Both the position numbers and the translations under genes were made by a program. A DNA stretch of 64,000 nt from Eledone cirrhosa (lineage: Eukaryota): assembly GCA_964016885.1 (NCBI GenBank), contig OZ024740.1:349308001-349372000 (forward strand). Direction: 5' to 3'. How positions within the stretch are numbered: position 1 is the first letter of the stretch; every line of letters begins with the position of its first letter. The notes under the pieces are model-generated. The model did no database searches, was not told the DNA's origin, and saw nothing but the letters and a program-made list of their open reading frames with translations. Of this stretch, positions 58,133 to 64,000 are shown one piece after another.

Positions 58133-59051
58133 ATTCTAGTATTGTGTTCTTTAACAACTAAAAGTATTCTTACACAAGCTTTGCTTCGTGAAATTCAGTA
58201 AGATCATGCATGGATATATAACAACAAGGCATTGGCAAAACGTACTGGGTAAAACGTTCCTACCTTTTTCGTGTCTTCTCTTTTTCTTCTAGATTATTTA
58301 TTTATGTTCTGTATCCCTGTTCTAAGTTATTTTTTTTTATACTTTCAATTTGAAGTATATTGGAGAAAATGTAAGCGTGTCTTGAGTCATCCTTTTAAAA
58401 GTATATGAATTCATGTAAATTAATATATACCCATATATATATAAATAAAACTGCATACACAAATTTTACATGAAAATTTAAATCTACGTTTTATAGTAGA
58501 TTCTCATACCTAGCATAATGTCTCAAGTGTGGTGACCAAAATCCTGAATAATATTATTGCAACGTTCATGTTTTGACTATGGTGCCACGACTATTTCCGG
58601 GAACATCGTTGGTATTTATTACCGACATTGAAATAATGTACTGCAAAATATCTCTTGTTTTTAAACTATTTCTCAAATCTGTGAACTTACTTTGATGTAC
58701 TGTCACGTGATATCCTTTTCCTCAAAATTAACATGAAGTATATTGCATAAAAGGGACTGTGTATAGTTTGTGCTTCCTCAAAGGGCATAGGTGTGATATA
58801 ACTAGAGCATTCGATTTGTAGATTTCACAAAGATTTCTGACATAGCAAAATATGCACAACATTTCTAGAATACTTAAAACGTTCGATCGAAATATATTTG
58901 AATTCTCTCATTGGCCCCATAACATATATTGAGGGAAGCTATGGTCAATGAAGTCGTTCCCTGACAAATAATATAGATTATCGATACCATATGAATAAAA
59001 GAGAAAATTAGGACTAACCTAATCTGAAACTGGAACATTATTTCCCGTAAA

Positions 59052-59236
59052 GGCGGTGGATTGGCATTATCGGTAGAGGGTCGGACGCCATGCTTTGAAG
59101 CATAGAGTTACCTCCCTGTATGATCTGAGTTCAAACCCCGCCAATGTTAACTTTGTCTTTCATCCTTCCGGGCTCGATAAAATAAAGTACCAGTAATGCA
59201 CTGGGTATTGCTGGCCTTGTGCCAAATGTAGAAACA
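59052..59236 (+). mobile_element. Same SINE insertion in arm 5
   Basis: Same sequence and TSD. Confidence 0.8.
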
Positions 59237-61282
59237 ATTATTTCCCGTAAATTATTACCAGATAAAACATTCTAACGCCTCAAATATCTCTCTGTCTACC
59301 ATTTCAATATATGGCATGATATACACTTGGGAGAATCCGTACGGACTCAGATATAATAATTTAAAATATCTTATACGGTTCATTCATGTTTGAAAACATG
59401 CCCCACTAAGTTCTATGTTGTTTAGGATACTATAAATATGTATATTTCCAATAAATGATACAAGTACTTCAACTTTACCTCATCGGATGTAAACTTTCCC
59501 GTATTGTTGATAGTTCCGTCTCTATATATTTATAAATGTTTTCAATAATTTGCATTACATTATGACTAAAGTTTGATGTCAATTCCGCTACCGGTCCTTC
59601 ATATATATATATAAGTCCTTTCACCATTGGTTTCATTACAAACGTTTATCACTTTGGGAACTGAACAAACACACGTCTCGTTTGTAAAATATCTCACGGT
59701 TTCTTCATATTTTCCATTTCCAAGTAAACAAACCAATATAATGAAGATAACTAATGTAAGTAACGATTAATTAATATTACTATCTCATATATTATTTTAT
59801 GTAGTTATGTGGTTATACTTAGATATGTGTACTCATGAGGTAAAATTTAACAAAAATGCTATTTACTCTAAATAACGTAAATTGGCACTTGTCATTATGT
59901 ATGAGGATATATATAATATCAGAGATACGATTGCACCCCAGTAGGATCTCTTGTCTTTTTACCTCACTGCAGATTACTATTAGATGTTCAATTTATATTA
60001 ATGTAGGTTTATGTTGGGTTATCTAATGTATTTTTCACTGTGAGTTAATATATTGTTAAAACTATTATCTACGTTATCAGAAGAGTTAGCTTTACCTGAA
60101 CATTTCAGAGATGAGATGCAGTAAGAATTGAACTGGGATAACACGTAACATATGTAACTTATAATAATGGTAATGCTAGCCTCAAAAAACAGATACATCT
60201 ATTGTAGTTAAATACGATACTAGTATTATGAGGTTCTAAAGTAATCATAGAAATAATAAATATATTGAAACTATTGTAACAGGTTAGTTAGGTTCTAAAT
60301 GTTACATTGGTAAAATGTATTGCAGAATTATATCACTGATAGCATCCTATCGATTGGTAATTTATGTATGAAATTAGAAATTATGCTCTTATATAGTATT
60401 GAATCTTTCTATGTTCCTCTCTTTCTTTCTTCCCTTCTTTCCTATCCATAACTTACAGTGTATTCTGGGACATATTTTAACTTTAAGAAGAGCCTATCTA
60501 ATAACTTGGTCTGATCACATCCAATGTTTTCCATAGAATGTGATACATTGTTGTGATACGAAGTGAGATAGAAATGTGAGGAAAATATCTACAGCAGTAC
60601 TGGACCGGTATTGATTTATCGAAAGCGTGAAAGGAATAATAGAGTACCGAATCGAAGATCTTAAAGCAATCTGTGAGATGTTCTAAACTCTCAGCCAGTA
60701 TAGTATATATATTGGACTATATAACTGTATATATAATGACACCATTCCACTCAACTAATCCGAAACAAGTAGAAATATTTATATGGATAAGTAATTATAC
60801 AGAGACATTACTTTAACACTGCAACTCCAAGTTATAAATTTACTAATGAATGAGATGATCTAAAGATATTTGTTTCATGAGCGAGTGTATTATTTCCTTT
60901 AAAATGTTACATGAAGGTTCTAAAACTACGGGGAACATACCACTTTGTTATGTAGCAGTAGTAAACCTACTGGCAGTAATATCATTAATCTATTTCCTCT
61001 CTCGTTATAATACTTCCATCGCACATCTCTCATATATTTTTCTATAAATATATGCATTTTATTCATATACACACTGTAGTGAAACGTTTTCTTATCACAT
61101 TACCTGACATCATTCATGATCATACGTCTAGCACACTATAGTAAATAAATATCTGTGGCATTGATTTCTATGTATTATGATTTAATTCTAAAGTATACTG
61201 CTATTTTCTGATTTGTTTATCTGAATAAGTGTCACATTAAAATTATGAAGCACTCTTTGATTTAATATTTTATATATTGCAG

Positions 61283-61807
61283 GTTCTCGTACAGATTGTC
61301 ATTCTTCTCGTCAACTATACCTTAATTGTGACTTCGGCACCAATCCAGATCCAATGTGAAATACCAACTGACCTAAAAGACCAATACGAGAGTTTAACCA
61401 GTGAAGACATCGGCAATAAATTCTTTCTACATGCTGAAATGGCTCCAGCAGTAAATAACGATACAACACTGTCACGAGAGAATGAAACAAGTACAACACC
61501 TGCTGTTTCTTCTGATCTAGTCCATGAACGTTCAATTTGTCCTTGGAACCTGGAGATTATCCATGATCCAACAATCTTCCCTCCATCACGTACAGAAGTA
61601 GTGTGTCGAGAGGATAATGATTTGTTCCCCGACAAAAATCACCAATGTGAGTCTGTATATACTAAAATGACAGTCCTCAGTCATACAGGTACATGTGATA
61701 ATGGACTTTATGTGTATAGTCCAATTGTAATAAATGTGGCAACATCCTGTGTTTATGCACGGAAAGTTGATGTGATAACTAAGGGAAATAACGAGTATGA
61801 GCAATAA
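61283..61807 (+). CDS. IL17: IL-17-like cytokine, copy 6, main coding exon
   Basis: Same motifs; positional equivalent of copy 4, 24,930 bp downstream. Confidence 0.85.
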   Translation, partial: VLVQIVILLVNYTLIVTSAPIQIQCEIPTDLKDQYESLTSEDIGNKFFLHAEMAPAVNNDTTLSRENETSTTPAVSSDLVHERSICPWNLEIIHDPTIFPPSRTEVVCREDNDLFPDKNHQCESVYTKMTVLSHTGTCDNGLYVYSPIVINVATSCVYARKVDVITKGNNEYEQ

Positions 61808-62519
61808 AAGCAGTCATATTGAAAATTATAAAACTGCGTTGTAACGCAAAATGTATTCATGATATGAAACATTCAGTTGACCACCATGTGGTTTTTGTTA
61901 TATATATATCGATATATATATAGATATATATATAACCCCATATATCCTATATGCTTATCCTTTATTCTATTTCTTTCAATCTTAATTTTTACATTTTAAA
62001 CATCACTGTTTCAAGCTTTACTATTCTTTACTATTTAATCTTAAATTAAAGGACTTTGTAATACATATTATATATATATTGTGATAACCTTTGTATTGAA
62101 AATGTATATTTTTATGAGAATATACATATACTATATATTAATTGGTTTATAAAATAATTGTATTTTTATATTTAATAAAGTTTGGTAAACAATGTTCGTC
62201 TTTGATCTTTTCTTTCTTTAATTTCTCTAAACTGTCCAAAACATTTATTGATTATGTTAATATTCAGGTAACATGTGTTACATTGTCAGCTGTGACATTG
62301 AGTACTTGATCCCGTGATTTTTGTTCAGTCAATGTATATACATATTTATTAATAATAATCTGCCTGATTGATAATAATAGTTACAACAAATTCCATATGA
62401 ATTAATCTTTTCATCTATCTGCCTATCTGTATATCAATCTATCTATTATTCTATCTGTCTCTATATCTATACAAACGAGTGTAATTATGTGTGCTTTTGT
62501 GTGGAAAAATAAACATAAT

Positions 62520-62599
<80 letters not shown>

Positions 62600-64000
62600 T
62601 CATATATGTATCTATATCTATACCAATATATATCTCTATATATAAAACAGAGGATGTCTGTCTGTCTGTGTAAATCCCTAAAACAGGAGAAGTACCCGAC
62701 TGATTTTACACATGCGTTACTTATCTTTCTTGAAGTGCAATGGGCTAAAAAAATAAGGCGTGACTTAATGATAATCCAGCCGATTTTGCTCGAAATGTGC
62801 AGTACACATTAGTTAGTCCTCGAATTGCTTTGGATTAAAAAAAAGCGTATAATATTTCGCTAAAAGTTTGGTTAATTTAACAGAGGACACAACATTTACT
62901 TACTTTTAAGCAGGACCATATTCGGAGGATTGAGGAAATGAGGAGGACCTTAAAACTTTTGTCGGCTCCCTGTTGACGTTTCGTGTTTTCATCACGCGCA
63001 AATTCGAGCCCTGTGTACGTTGGCGTGTTATTGACACAGTAAAACTCACGTCTGTGCTATTTTTACTAATACTCCTTTTGTTGCACCTACACCGCAGAAT
63101 GAACGCCCCGCGCAAGTACGCCGAACAGCGGTTGTGTTAATTCCACGGTGACCCCCACTTGAAATTGTTGATGTTGATCCCAATGGTAATTCCGAAGAGT
63201 TCGGCATCCGATGTCACAGTTCGCTCTATATCAGATCGGGTAGATTTACGAAGAGGCTATCGTCTCCTGTGGGGAGGGCCCAGCATGCTGTGCGGTTGCA
63301 TGGCATGTCTTACTCAAGCATTGCAGGCTTTACTCTGTACAGTATGCATGCAGGTATAATAGACATAAATGATGATGTCTGTCCAGATGACTAGGTGCGA
63401 ATCTATAAATCTCCAAAGGTACCTAACCGATTTTCTCCAAATGGAATAAATCATACTCTAAGATTTAGTTCGCTTAAAGAGTATCCAGCTGATTTTCTTC
63501 AGATTTTGCACAGATGTTTCACGATTCGGGCCTGCTGGTGTTTCCAGTAGATGAACAATCACTCCCTGAGAATAAGGGAATTCAAAAAGTACACAGCTAC
63601 ATTCCTCAATCTTTGCGTATGCGTGTTGCTATTTCCCGTTTCCTACCCCGTGCAACGCCGGCTCCTGCTGCTAATAAGCAAAGAGATATTTAACATATAT
63701 ACTCACCAAAATTATTTATATAAATATTTATATAAATATCTTGTTGTAATATAATAAAGTAAATCTACTTACAACCTTAATTCTTCATAAAATATACTTA
63801 TAAATATTATCTATATAATATTATAACTCACGATTAGAATAGATCCAATAATTAGTACTATCTCTCAATTTTTAAAATTGGTATTCCACCACTTCAACAC
63901 ATTTATGATTCTCATATTATTTCATAGATATTACCAAAATATAATTATAATTAAATATATACATATAATTATATCACTCTCTTTACACCATCACTGGCAT

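Larger units (their letters stand above)
56476..64000 (+). repeat. Segmental duplication arm 5 (contains copy 6; runs past the window end)
   Basis: Direct copy of arm 3 shifted by ~24.9 kb. Confidence 0.9.

Overview
AT-rich, microsatellite-dense animal genomic DNA. The SINE families and the gene family suggest an octopus or other cephalopod (inference). The window holds six near-identical copies of an interleukin-17-like (cystine-knot cytokine) coding exon in strictly alternating orientation (-,+,-,+,-,+). Five copies lie in ~7.5-8.4 kb arms that form serial palindromes, and the two-gene unit repeats in tandem every ~24.9 kb. Each palindrome spacer contains a dead Penelope-like retroelement (RT + GIY-YIG, Naiad-like motifs) and a cluster of ~522-bp tandem/inverted repeats carrying type I hammerhead ribozyme (HHR) motifs. 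At least three HHR families, about 14 copies, can be read from the sequence. Notable points: all IL-17 copies lack both cysteines of one canonical knot disulfide; no in-frame ATG was found, although an ATA sits where a one-codon ATG exon would be expected; and variants shared by facing arms indicate arm-to-arm gene conversion. Most short ORFs in the track are microsatellite or repeat noise. All alignments and folds were done by eye, so repeat boundaries are approximate.
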